DNA of 64,000 nt from the NCBI GenBank assembly GCA_964187785.1, contig OZ076416.1, forward strand, positions 29,140,001 through 29,204,000, written 5' to 3'. The notes under the pieces are model-generated. The model saw nothing but the letters and a program-made list of their open reading frames with translations. It had not been told where the DNA came from and ran no database searches. Positions within the stretch are counted from its first letter, which is position 1. Each line of letters begins with the position of its first letter. Positions 25,911-37,384 of this stretch are shown piece by piece. The position numbers were made by a program, and so were the translations under genes. Source of the DNA: Amphiscolops sp. MND2022 (taxonomy: Eukaryota).

Positions 25911-26695
25911 ATTCTGAAAGCGTTAGAGCCGGTCTTCTCTGCTGGATTGTCGGCTGTCATCTTCCACACTTATCTCTCCAGCCACCAAGTTCTCTACATG
26001 ATGCTCGCAGTCTCTGGTGCCTGTCTTGCTGCCTTCAAAGACCTGCAATTTAATTGGTTCGCATTCTCCATGGCATTTCTATCCAACGTCTCTTTCGCCA
26101 CTAGAAACGTCTTTCTCAAACTATCTCCTCAAAACCAACAGTCATCACCATTGGAGCAACAGGGCAAAATATCCATATGCGCTGCCGTTTTTCTTATTCC
26201 CCATTGGTCAGTTCTATGCATGTCGAGAACCAATGAAATTGCAGAGATCTTATACGACTTAAGCATACTCAAAAACATTATCGTAGTGGCTATCTCGCAT
26301 ACAATATACAACTTTTGTTCAATCACAGTTCTATCAGATGTCGAAAATGTGGTTCAACACGCGCTCCTTAACATCATGAAACGACCTTTCGTCATTTGTG
26401 CCACGTATCTCATTGATCGACAGAATGCTGTTCTAACATTCAGCAAATGTTTGGGATTATTATTCCTTGTTGTTGGTCAAGTATTGTTCAAACTGAATTA
26501 TAAGTTTGGTTACTCACACTATATTAAAAATCCCAGCATTTTGGTTCCAAAAATAGCCTACATCTTGATAGCTATCATTCTGTTTCATTACTCAACGACT
26601 TTGGGAGACTTTGCAATGAACCAAGTCGTTTTAGGAACCAAGTCGACCAAAACTCCAATCGCAAAATCTTTCCTCAAGAATTCCCATGAAGACAA
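25911..26695 (+). CDS. Exon 2 of fusion gene: C-terminal TPT/SLC35E half plus extra hydrophobic segment
   Basis: ILKALEPVF, FNWFAFSMAFLSNVSFATRNVFLK, YNFCS...HALLNIMKRPFVI are TPT motifs. Acceptor AACCAG| at 25910; donor AA|GTTAGT at 26696 (phase 2). Confidence 0.88.
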
Positions 26696-26869
26696 GTTAG
26701 TGCATTTTTGAATTGGTTCTTTCGGGTAAGATTTGTGTGCGTTCGTTCCGAATCAAACGTATCTTACTCCAGATTCTTTTCACCCACATTTCAAATATTC
26801 GGAAACGTTTCACCTAAAATAACAAAGTAGCAACTATTAGGCGACCCGGAAAAACACGGTTTCACGGTT

Positions 26870-28680
26870 TACTTGATGACCCAAAAAACGGAACGTACAA
26901 AAAGTTTTGAGCTCTCAAAGTGTCAAATATTTGTCAACAAACGTTTCAAAGCAACGTTTAACGCTTCTGTCAATCATTCAATTTTGGTACATTTCTCAGA
27001 AGCGAAAATACTTTCACACATTGAGAGTGAGAACGAAATAACTGGTAGACTGAAGTATTTTCGATGGTTGGAGATGTGATTACGTAATATAAGCTTCAAT
27101 CAAAATAATTGATAGATAGAAATATTGGAAAGATTCTCCGTGAGGCGACATTTGTTATCAAGCGACATTTGTTATCATTTTTTTAAAAAGCGGCATTTGT
27201 TATCAAATTGAAAAAGCGACATTTGTTATCAAATCTAAAAAGGCGACATTTGTTATCATGAGTTCAATAAGCTGAAAACACGTGTCAGATTTTGTCGGAA
27301 TTATTATTATAACGTAGTCAGCAATGTTCACATACCCCTAGTGCCCTAATTGCAGGAGCGAAGCGAAGCGGAGCGACGTGCCATCTGGCATGCCTCAATA
27401 TTGCTACTTGGCGAAGGAGCCAAGTGACCGAGCCATACAACAAATATAAAGGAGACAACAGATATAGTAGACATATTTCGATAAAAAAAATGTCGCCTTT
27501 TTAGGTTTGATAACAAATTTCGCTTTTTCAATTTGATAAAAAATGTCGCTTTTTCAAAAATGATAACAAATGTCGTTTGATAACAAATGTCGCTTGATAA
27601 CAAATGTCGCTATACCAGATTCTCAGTGCTTTGTTTACAAACAATACAATTTTGAAGACGCAAAAAATTTCTGCATTCCGTTTTTTGGTTCACCTAGTAT
27701 ATTTCAACTCAAATTCAGAACCAACAATGAGTGAACAAAACATCGAAATGCGTCTCAAAACGTAGTGTGAGTCTGAACCGAGCTGTCAATCAAACGCATT
27801 TAGATCTAAGAACCAAACGCGATCTGAAACTGCTTGTGATTGAAAAATATTTTTTACTACTAGGTGAACCAAAAAACGGAACGCATAAAAATTTTTTACA
27901 GCAAAAACGTATTAATTGTAAACAAGACACTGAGAACCTTTCACTTTCTCTGTCAATCATTCTCTCACTACGTAATCAAATTTTCAACAAAGAATGATCC
28001 AAACTTTCAGAAGAGGTCTAGACATCTGTACCAGTCATTTCGTTCACACTTCTGATGAGTGAAAGTTGTTTGGCTTCGAAGAAAAGATGTCAGATTGAAT
28101 GACTGACAAGCTGAGCTCCAATGTACAGAGTTGTTTTGAAACTTTTCGTTGACAAATATTTGACATTCTGAGAGAACATAGAAATTTTGTGCGTTTTATT
28201 TTGGTTCACCTAGCAGGTCATACAAAAAACGGAACATATTAAAAATTTCGAGCTCTCAAAATATTTGTCAGCAAGTGTTTCACAACAATTTTGAACGATG
28301 CCATTTGAATTGTCAATTGTTCAAAATGACAATTTTCACACATCAAAGTGAGAACGGAATGACAGACAAAGCTGTGTAAATTTTTTCCTGAAAATTCAAA
28401 CCGTTCTTAGTTGATGCTGTGATTGCGTAATAAGAGATCCATTTGAAAATATTGACAAAAATTGAACTTTCTGTTCCTCGTTTATTAATGTTACAACTTT
28501 GAAAAGTAAGATTTTGTGCATTTCTTTTTTTTTGGTTCACGCAGAAAACTCGATGTACCGAATCTGTGTGATTTTGTCTTCGAAACTGACGTTGTTCTGA
28601 ATGGTAGACAAGTGACAAAGTGAAATTAAGAGAACTTCTGATCTCTTGTTGACAAATGTTTGCGTCATCAATTTTAGACT
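26870..28680. repeat. Array of ~100-140 bp units in alternating orientation (core CTAGGTGAACCAAAAAACGGAAC) in intron 2
   Basis: Copies at ~26875(+), 27625(-), 27858(+), 28085(-), 28215(+), 28500(-). Perfect 24-bp inverted repeat at 27676-27699 / 27858-27881. Confidence 0.75.
27145..27610. mobile_element. Foldback-type MITE with modular inverted arms
   Basis: Five copies of GCGACATTTGTTATCA on the left and six inverted copies on the right, around a ~220-bp core containing GAGCGAAGCGAAGCGGAGCG. Confidence 0.75.
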
Positions 28681-29157
28681 ATAATTTCTAGAGCCTGATT
28701 ATCTCAGTTTTGATTTGATTGACAAGTTTTCACGTACTGAAGTACAGAGCTTTGAAAAAAGTTCATTCCAGCGTTCGTTTACAAACACTGGCTATTTAAA
28801 AAACGCAAAACAAAATTCTTTCCCAGTCTGAATATTGGGTCAAATTATACTGACCCGTAAAATTAATCAGATTCCGTCACATTCAAACTTTTTTGTCGAT
28901 TCATATCATGAATACAAAAAGTTGAAATGCAAATTGTCTGTACCGTCGCTAAGATGGGAAATATTTGTTCACTGTTTTCCTGTGATCTTAAAAAGCGTTC
29001 CATACGCCATGATTTTCATGTCCTCTGGTTTTCCGTCTCTCATAATTTTGCATAATTTTCATGTTTTTCATGTTTTATCGTTTTTATTTTGAGAGGAACA
29101 CAGTTATACAATTTTGAGCAAAATTTTAACTTAGACAGATACTGTTTTGTGTTTCAG

Positions 29158-30206
29158 TAATACATTTTGGAAAGCTGATGTTTTGAATGCGAGTGTTGCA
29201 AGACCTTATGCAGTGAACTACTTGCGAGTTCGATACAGAATTCATTCCGAGAAACTTGATAGCATGCTTCCTTCAATGCAATCGTGCAAGCAAGGACTTG
29301 AAGAAAAAACGAATCTCAAACTAGTGCTTCTTACCTGCAAGGTGCTTCTTCTTCAAAATATCTCTGACCCTGAACTTCAACTTTTCAAATCACTATTTGC
29401 TGTAAATTTCCCAACATTTGTTGAGAATAGTCAGTTGAAGTTCGTCCTATTTCATTTGCTGATGAACCGCATTGTTCGTTACACCTTTGACAAAAAAGAT
29501 TTCAAACTTTTGGGTACAAGTTTGATTGATAAGAACTCAGTTCGCATGTTTTACTGGTACAATCCGCAGGACAAATTCATGAATTGGGGAGATATTTTGG
29601 GCCCTGTGATTGTGGAGAAATTGTCTCACCTTAAAGTTGTTCATACCACCAAAAAAGTACAAAATGTGTCACTTCTCTATGGAGTTGGAAGTATATTGAC
29701 CCAGGCTATGGAAGACAGGCGACCTTATGTAACCTGGGGGCCGGGGTTAATAAAAGCACCGACAGATGTTGAACTTATGGGTGCTATCAATCGAAGCAGC
29801 ATTCAATTCCAAAACGGGAAGAGGACTGCAGAGTGTCCAAAACTGCTGAGTGTCAGAGGACCTGAATCGCAAGTGGCTATGCTCGCTATGCGGGGTACTT
29901 TTGCCCAGATATCTAAAGACCCAGGACTCCTGATTTCACATATCTTTCCAGCACGGCATTTTCCAAAGCCCAAGGAAGCAGAAGTTTGCCTGATTCCTCA
30001 CTATGTTGACAAACAAATGGTGGTTAAGGTGCTAAAAGCGAATAAAACGAGCAGCAGCAAGAAGATAAAACTCATATCGGTTTCGACAATGGAAACTAAC
30101 TACAACCGCTTTGCAGAACAAGTTGCACGTGAAATTATTTCATGCCGGCGTGTTTTGTCATCCAGCTTACACGGGCTGATTGCGAGTCATGCTTATAGGA
30201 TCCCAG
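29158..30206 (+). CDS. Exon 3 of fusion gene: stem region plus polysaccharide pyruvyltransferase (ExoV-like) domain
   Basis: NWGDILGP, GVGSIL, WGPG, VRGP, DPGLL, IPHY and SSSLHGLIASHAYRIP motifs. Acceptor TGTTTCAG| at 29157 is phase-compatible with 26695 (AA+T=Asn). The donor is CAG|GCAAGC. Confidence 0.88.
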
Positions 30207-30645
30207 GCAAGCATGCTCAAAATACAATTGTTGCACCATGTTCAACACAATCAGAAATTTCAGTTTTTAAATAAATACAATAAATACACTCCGAGAGTTA
30301 AAAAAGAGAGTCAAATTGGAATTTTGATAAAAAATTGAAGAAACGGTAGATTCTCATCCTTTAATGAAACTAGAAAAATTCAATGAAAATCTTGTAAATC
30401 GATGAATTTTCTCTCGATATAAAGGAAATGTTCGTAAAAAAAATCAGCTCGTTTGCTGGCGAGAGTTCTACGTCTCGAGTTTTAAGTCTTCGATTCGCGT
30501 GAAGAATATCGACAATAAATACTATTTCCATTCACACCAATTCGAACACATTGAGAATATTCAAAATCAAAAAATCAGCAAAATCAAAATTTTTAAAATG
30601 TCAATTCAATTCTAACTTTTCCATATTGGGAATGCTTGTCTTCAG

Positions 30646-30899
30646 GTGCAGTGATTTCTCTTTCCAGTAAAATTGCAGGGGGCAACTTCAAATACCGCGA
30701 CTATTACGAATCTCTGGGGTTATACATGCACAGAGACATCATACGTCACAATTTGACAAATTTGACACGATTGAATGACGTCACATTTTTGAGTAGAATA
30801 GTTGACAACACCCCACAACCAAAATTCCCAATTAACATCGCTTCCATTATCAACACATATCCATTCAATTTACACAATTCCATGAACTACCTTCTGTAA
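30646..30899 (+). CDS. Exon 4 (last) of fusion gene: pyruvyltransferase C-terminus
   Basis: GAVISLSSKIAGGNFKYRDYYESLG matches the ExoV-type ..SDK..GG.FKF.DYY motif with correct spacing. Acceptor TCTTCAG| is preceded by a CTAAC branch-like site at ~30612. The four exons total 2418 nt = 805 aa + stop. Confidence 0.85.
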
Positions 30900-31559
30900 T
30901 TTTTCATAACTTTCGTAATTTATCAGAATTTGGATGTAAATTTTCCATCGTAGAGGACGAAGACCGATAACATAATAGACAAACCTTATTATTGCTGCCA
31001 ATAAACTTAATACCGTTGCTATTGTTAGTCGGCGCTTTTTTTGTCAGATCAGAGAACTCACTCTGTATGAACTACTTTTTGGTACAGAGGTTATTCAGTT
31101 CAGGGGGAATCCAGTGGTAGCGGCTTCGATTCCCTGAAAACCAAAACAAAATCATACTTCTGCAAATGAAAAATCAACCTAATCACGACGTTTCAAGATT
31201 CTTAACTTGACACTGGCAAATTTCGAAAACAATCAAGAACAGGAATCTTAACTTCAGTAGATTTGATTTTATGAGAAACAGTTTTTATTTTCAGCCAATG
31301 TTTCATATGGGAATGGAAAATACTTGAATCAAACGGGTTTTTTTACAAAATTTGCCAAGCACCAAAATTATATTCAACTTCAAGGGTGTTACCAACTGTA
31401 AGGACTTTTGTCTCTATCGGCTCTTAGGTCACAAGCAGACAGTCAGTCCTTCTTTGTAATTCTAGATTTAAACCCATTATTTCTCTCAAAAATCTTGTGA
31501 CTATTAGGGGACGATTTTGCCTCGGTGTCCCGATTCCCTGAAGATGACATTGAACTGAC

Positions 31560-31975
31560 TTAATTCTGAATCTCTGGGATGTTTCTTTCGGTTTTTGCTG
31601 GGCTATTCGCCTTATTTATTTGACTGTACATCATGGAAATCATAGAGTCCATCACTTGAGAGAGTCTCAGGTTAAACTCACTAGTAAAAGTTTCCATCCT
31701 CTCTTGAAATCTATCCTGTCTGGGAATTATATTTTCATGGACATAGTGTCCAGATCCATTTTCACGGGAATCATTCTCCCTAGGTTGTGAATTTGACTCA
31801 ATGTCACAATAGTTTTTCGAATTTGAATTTCCAATTAGATTTGAAAGTTCACGCTCAATTGGATCGACGTTGCTACTTCCAAGTATAACGTCCATATTTT
31901 CAAGATCGGACATCATGTCCATTTCCCTTGACTTTCTAGCTTTCGCCTTTTGTCTTCTTGTGGAAAGCTTAAGAG
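31560..31975 (-). pseudogene. Truncated retroelement ORF1/gag-like N-terminus
   Basis: (TRRQKAKARKSRE)MDMMSDLENMDVILGSSNVDPIERELS... has a basic leader and a coiled-coil-like end. It stops abruptly with no downstream domains. The family assignment comes from recall and is not verified. Confidence 0.4.
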
Positions 31976-33594
31976 ACTGTTACAAGAGGTAAGAATTTTA
32001 ATTTTCTTAGGCTTGCAAAACAGATTCAACAATAACAAATATCTAATAGGTTGCAACAAACGTATTTAATCAAAAATTGTGTCTTCCGGTCCAGGAGTCC
32101 TGGGTATTTATAGTATAGGTTGAATTACTATCAAAATATTTATAATCATGATACTAAAAATAGAACTGCTCCGGCTAAAAATAGAAACCAATCTATAAAT
32201 AGTACCATGACGCGAGGTCATCAAAGAGTAAGCGGCAACAATTGTTTACGTGACCATGAGGTCCACGTAATTGTAACCATAAACATAGCAACGTGATTTT
32301 CTTGCATATTACATGTGCTTTTGACTGAAAGGGGAGAAAAGACAACAAGTCCAATTTAGTATAGGGTGCAAAAACATTTAGCAACAGCTCTATGCGTTTA
32401 TGATCATGGATAAACACTTCGATTGGGTCAAAAGGGCTACATTTAACTGCACATTCTAATAATCTCACGTTTCAATCTAATTTGGGACTGGATGTCCTGT
32501 AGCCATAACTCCGACGTGAATATACTAGCACAAGCGGCACATGGCCACTTCGTCCGATAATTGCTATACCGGATTGGAATACTTGAATCAAATACTGCGC
32601 TGAATAAAAAAATTGACTCCGAAAATGACAAAAAACCCAAAATCTTCCGATATCCAATGTTTTTATGCATTTTTTGTTAGAGTTCCGACAAACTTCGTGA
32701 ATTGGAATGGAATGTTTTAAAGAGTCATCAAGAAAAAAGTTGGTTGTCCAGTAGTCTTTAATGAAGAGATAATAGCATTGTTCTGAATGAAAATGTCTCA
32801 ACTTGAGACCGAAAATGACAAAAACACAAACTTGTCCAATTTTCAAATATTTTATGCTTTGTCCCAAGTTTTTAACAGACTTTGTCAACTGGAACGTTGA
32901 AAAGAGCCGACAAGGAAAGAATGTGTTGTCCCGTACGCTTAAAAAAGAGATAAATGCAGTTTTTCAAACGAAAACTGTCCGGAAATGACATCGAAAAAGA
33001 CAATATTTTCCGATTATCACTAATTTTGTTGAAATATTGATAGACTTCGTAGGCTAGAATGTTAAAACGCATAAAGCATGGACAAATTTGTTGTATTGGT
33101 GAGCTTTTGTCACGAGAAAATTTGAATTTGTAATAGAAAAACGCCACAAATTAACTGTTAAAAAATCTGTTTTGATGCATTTTCTGTGCAATTTCCAATA
33201 GACTTTGTTTTAAGTTCGAACACAATCAAATCAACAACAGAAAGACGAGCTTTGAATTACATTTATGAAGTGAACGTTGCGGCGTTTTGCTTCAAAAAAC
33301 TCCAGATTGACTCCAAAGGAATCGAAAAACCTAATTAATTTCGTTTTTGTGTAGCTTGTGTATTTCTTGAGCTGTTTTGTGGTCAGAATGTTGGCAAGCG
33401 TTCAACAAAGACCGACCTCATAATCTAGTAGGCTTTCGAAGGAAATTCTTATTAGTTTAAACAACGTAGGTTAATTTAACTATGAGTCCGATTATTAATT
33501 CCAATTTTAGCAACAACAATGTAATATTATGGTTGGGTAAAAAATGAGTTTATCCGTTTCGTCTCCGTCCGACTGTACAGGGTGTCCATTCTCC

Positions 33595-34816
33595 TTAATC
33601 AAAGGGATTCGGTCCAGGGAGAGTCACGGTGTTATAGTGACTGTAGGAAATTGAATACCAATTCCCATCACAAGCGGCCGCCTGCGACAGTCGCCCTGTC
33701 ATAAGGGGGAACGTCACTGCAGACTTTCCGTCCAAGAAAACTCTCCTTTTTGTTTCTCGCTCCGCCAGTGTTTCTCCAGGGATTGTTGTCTTACTTAGAT
33801 AATCGTTAACTACTTCCGACTGATTTTTTGGTACCGATTTCTCACAGACCACACAGTCTGAATAGTTCACCAATGTAGAAGCTTCCGATACTGCCATCCC
33901 TCTGAAATGATTGGAGATCGAATCTACTGTGACTGTCTCGTCTGAATAGGAGCAGCTTGTCACCCTTGCCTCATCGTCTGGGCCTCTATCGGCTACAGGA
34001 GGGGACAATGGAGTATCCACCTGCCGTATTAAAATGCGGCAAACAATAATAGGGTGATTATTTCTTACCCTGTCGTCGCATGCTAATGGACCGTTCCCAT
34101 TGCCAAGATTGAAGTACCTTTGACTGAAAGTAGGGAACGGCGGTTGGTTTGGCCTCGGAGTCACACACCTCTTTTGCGACCCAGCTGTCGTACCAGTAGT
34201 TGGTATCGGAATGGGGTCGGCCAGTTGCCTCTCTCTATACATCTCGCCATTAGCTGAAATTCCTCTGTCTCTCCAGCTGATGAGGAGACCACATCCTCCA
34301 TACAGTCTGAGCTGAGGCACTCCAAGTAGCTGTCCTCGTCGCTTGACAGGTAAATAATGGCCGGTTCCCCTTCAGATTGGGCCGCACCAATGAAGTCCAT
34401 AAGGAAAGTTTCCTGCTGTTCCATCATGATGTACCTTTTTTAAGAATCATTCCGCAACCTTGAAGAGATGGCTAACTTTTTTTCAAAAGTTTGAGTTTGT
34501 AGGAAGCAGCCGATTGGTGCAGCTGAAATCAGTAGAATGGCGATTTCCTTTTCTGTCGACTCGCACGGACTTTTACTCAACTTCAGTTTTTTTCCCTTTC
34601 TCAATAACACTTTTTTTCCTCGGTAATCAGCTTTCAACTAGCCGCTGAGACCACTTTGAAATTACCGACGGCGGCATTGATGACTCTCATAACTTCTACT
34701 AACACTCTTAGTTCTGAAGCACCGTGATGAGTGTTTATTATGAGCAACTTGAAGGTTTCAAGTGGGTAACGATATGGCTGAAGGCCACGCTGTCTTGCTC
34801 TTCTCGTGTCAGCCAA
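33595..34816 (-). pseudogene. Broken orphan ORF cluster, probably from a mobile element or virus
   Basis: Four abutting minus-strand ORFs (34634-34816, 34440-34637, 34161-34427, 33595-34320) join through frameshifts or stops into ~400 aa. No recognised domain. Confidence 0.4.
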
Positions 34817-35356
34817 TAAAATCGCAAGAAATTTTCTTTTCCCATAAACTGAAAATCCAAGGTCGCAAGTGCATATAAGGAACAGTGTAAATGATCTTGA
34901 AAATTAACTAATCATAAAATAATTATGGAAAAATTATAAAGTAAAGATAAACTAATAGGGTAATTGCATGGAATAGCGAAGTTTTCGAAATAAATAAAAA
35001 AATGTAGTTATTGCTGGTAGACTCTATCCACAAAATGGCGTAATTTGTAAATGATGAAAATTTGACACCAAATTGTATAGCCACAAACTCCAATTTCGAC
35101 ACATTGTCACATTGCCGATTCGCCTTTCATTTCTTTACATTCAATTCTCTTCCGTATTACTCTTTTCTTTGTAATATCCATGTTGTATTCTAGCTCATTG
35201 ATATCAAAAAGATGCTTTCATATAAACTCAAGTGTATTCTAGTTTATTACCAATACTCTATGATGGGATATCATCTGCACTAAAGTGGCAGGTATTTAAT
35301 AAAAGAGCATCATAGGTTGGTATATATCAAGTACAAATGATAGACAATACGGTAGA

Positions 35357-37384
35357 CTAATTATAAAAATTGTCTGTATTGTCTTCATTCCCCCTCTCAC
35401 TATTGGCTACTGTTCGGCCAATGGGGTGCTGTTTTTCTACTGTATTGCGGTGACTCCTCCAATGGTCCAGTTGTTTATGGACGGATAACTGATCCTCGCT
35501 TTCGTGGTTGTCACGGTGATTGTTTGCCTGTGATGTCAATCTGTTATCCGTTGTTCGGTTTAGTTGGGGCTGTTCGTCTCCCTCTCCATTTGGTTCGGTA
35601 CTTCTGAATTTAACCTTTCGACTGTGTTTCCTGTAATCATGACATATTGGATTATTATATCGAATAATGGGGTTGGTTTTTGTTAGTCTTTTTGATCTGC
35701 ATATTGTTTTTTCTTCGCCGTGTTTAATATCTGCCTCTAATTCGGTGCTAGAACTCAGATTGCTGGCCATGTCTAATTCTGAATTTTCAAAGTTGTTCCC
35801 TTCCCCCGTTTTAGGGAAGGAAGTAAGATTTTCAAACACCTTACCGTTATCATCCCTGATACAAAGCTCATCGTTCGCTTGTCTAGCGTCCTCAATAGCA
35901 CGGTCGATCTCCGTGTCTGTCATGTTGGCGGTGGTAATGGTGGGTGTGGTGAGTGGACCGGTACTGCTCGTTCCTCCCGGTGGGGATTGGTGGGGACTTG
36001 AGTTCTGTCGGTCTCTTGTCAGCTTCAATGGTCTGCCTCGTCCGTATGTGCTCCTTTTTACCGTCGCGTTGTCTGACTGGTCCAGAGCGGTAGGGCTGTT
36101 GTTCTCTACTGGTGAGGTCTCGGGCTCGATGTCTGATTCGATCACGTATGCCCTCTTCTGTTTTGATATTGATCTTGTAAACCGGCCGTCCGGTCCCCTC
36201 GGTCCAGTTCCTCTGTTGTTGTTGCAGTCCTGATTAAAATCATAGATAGGTTTAGTAATACATTTCTTGTGTATTACTCTACCGTTGGGCGTTGTTACGG
36301 TGTGGCTTGTTTCCGAAATAGCTATATTCAGTTTGTTGCTATAAACTCTTTCGGATTTAGATTTTTGGTGTTTTTTTTCTAAGAAATGGAAAGGTTGGTT
36401 ACTAACTCCTTTATCGTTTTTTCTTGTCTTCATCGGTAGCTGGTCGGACACACCGCCAACTCCGCTGAATGAGTATACCAGTAAGGTATCGGGTTTCGCT
36501 AAAATAGAAGCTTTTGTTAGGTTTTTTAGGTTTAGTAAGTTAGTTATTTCCGTATTTGGTTTTCGGCCGTAATGTAGTTCGAATGCTGATTTCTTCAATT
36601 TCGTGTAGGGTGTTTTTCTCATGACGTCTAACGAAAGGTCTAAGGCCTTTCCGAGCCGTTCGCTTGCCTTAATATTCGTTAAAAGGTTTTCTTTTAGTGT
36701 TTTGACTCCCCGTTCTACTAAGCCTGTGGGAGTGTGGATATACGGTGTTCCGTATATCAATTTGATGTAATGTTTTTCGAAGAAGTCTCGAAAAAGACGA
36801 CCCGTGAACGCGGTTGCCTTATCTGTTCTAATTGTCTTCGGTATACCGTTCAGCTGAATATATTGTTCGAGAAATTTTACCGCCGTTTCTCCGTCAGTGT
36901 ATTTGCAGAAACTGGCTGAAGGCCATTTGCTATACCAGTCAATGGACAGTAAGATATAGAATCGGCGATGGTTATCTGTGATTGGTCCGATGAAATCCAG
37001 TTGGATTTCTTCGTTCGGACTATTCACCGGGGATAGGTTATTTTTTTCCGTGCTGGGTATATAAGGTTTATTACTCTTACCAGACATTTTGCAGGGGATG
37101 CAAGTTTCACACTTCTTTTTGATTGCATCGGACATCTTTGGCCACCAGAAGTGTCGGGCTGCTAGGGTCATCTTGTTGATGGCTGGATGTCCCTTGTGTA
37201 GGCTGATTACTGTGGTTCGCAGGTTCTTGGGGACGATGATTCTGTCTTCCATGAAGACAAGACCGAACCGGCTTGACAGCTTCCTTCTATGCAATTGGTA
37301 TTCGTCTGGTATCATCTCATGCTGTTGTCTTTCGAGGCACACCAGAGTTTTTAGCAAATTTGGATCGTTCGTAGTCTCGTTCAT
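35357..37384 (-). CDS. Element B integrase with long C-terminal extension
   Basis: HKGHP...CETCIPC zinc motif, QLDFIGP, TDKATAF, GLVERGV. The ORF is 675 aa and its stop lies inside the 3' LTR. Confidence 0.93.
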   Translation of the reverse strand: MNETTNDPNLLKTLVCLERQQHEMIPDEYQLHRRKLSSRFGLVFMEDRIIVPKNLRTTVISLHKGHPAINKMTLAARHFWWPKMSDAIKKKCETCIPCKMSGKSNKPYIPSTEKNNLSPVNSPNEEIQLDFIGPITDNHRRFYILLSIDWYSKWPSASFCKYTDGETAVKFLEQYIQLNGIPKTIRTDKATAFTGRLFRDFFEKHYIKLIYGTPYIHTPTGLVERGVKTLKENLLTNIKASERLGKALDLSLDVMRKTPYTKLKKSAFELHYGRKPNTEITNLLNLKNLTKASILAKPDTLLVYSFSGVGGVSDQLPMKTRKNDKGVSNQPFHFLEKKHQKSKSERVYSNKLNIAISETSHTVTTPNGRVIHKKCITKPIYDFNQDCNNNRGTGPRGPDGRFTRSISKQKRAYVIESDIEPETSPVENNSPTALDQSDNATVKRSTYGRGRPLKLTRDRQNSSPHQSPPGGTSSTGPLTTPTITTANMTDTEIDRAIEDARQANDELCIRDDNGKVFENLTSFPKTGEGNNFENSELDMASNLSSSTELEADIKHGEEKTICRSKRLTKTNPIIRYNNPICHDYRKHSRKVKFRSTEPNGEGDEQPQLNRTTDNRLTSQANNHRDNHESEDQLSVHKQLDHWRSHRNTVEKQHPIGRTVANSERGNEDNTDNFYN

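Noticed and set aside
26712-26730. Strong donor GG|GTAAGA just after the TPT stop codon
   Set aside because: Lies after TGA 26711, so it would give a transporter-only isoform; possible, but it does not explain the ATG-less, phase-matched pyruvyltransferase exon.
27145-27610. CRISPR-like repeat-spacer array
   Set aside because: Spacers are 0-12 bp A/T runs mirrored on the two arms; eukaryotic context; no cas genes.
28052-28065. Hammerhead ribozyme core CTGATGA...GAAA (also 34277)
   Set aside because: No stem II between the boxes and no flanking stems I/III.
33525-33587. Tc1/mariner-like TIR starts (TATTATGGTTGGGTAAAAAA; TACAGGGTGTCC)
   Set aside because: No matching inverted partner or transposase in the window.
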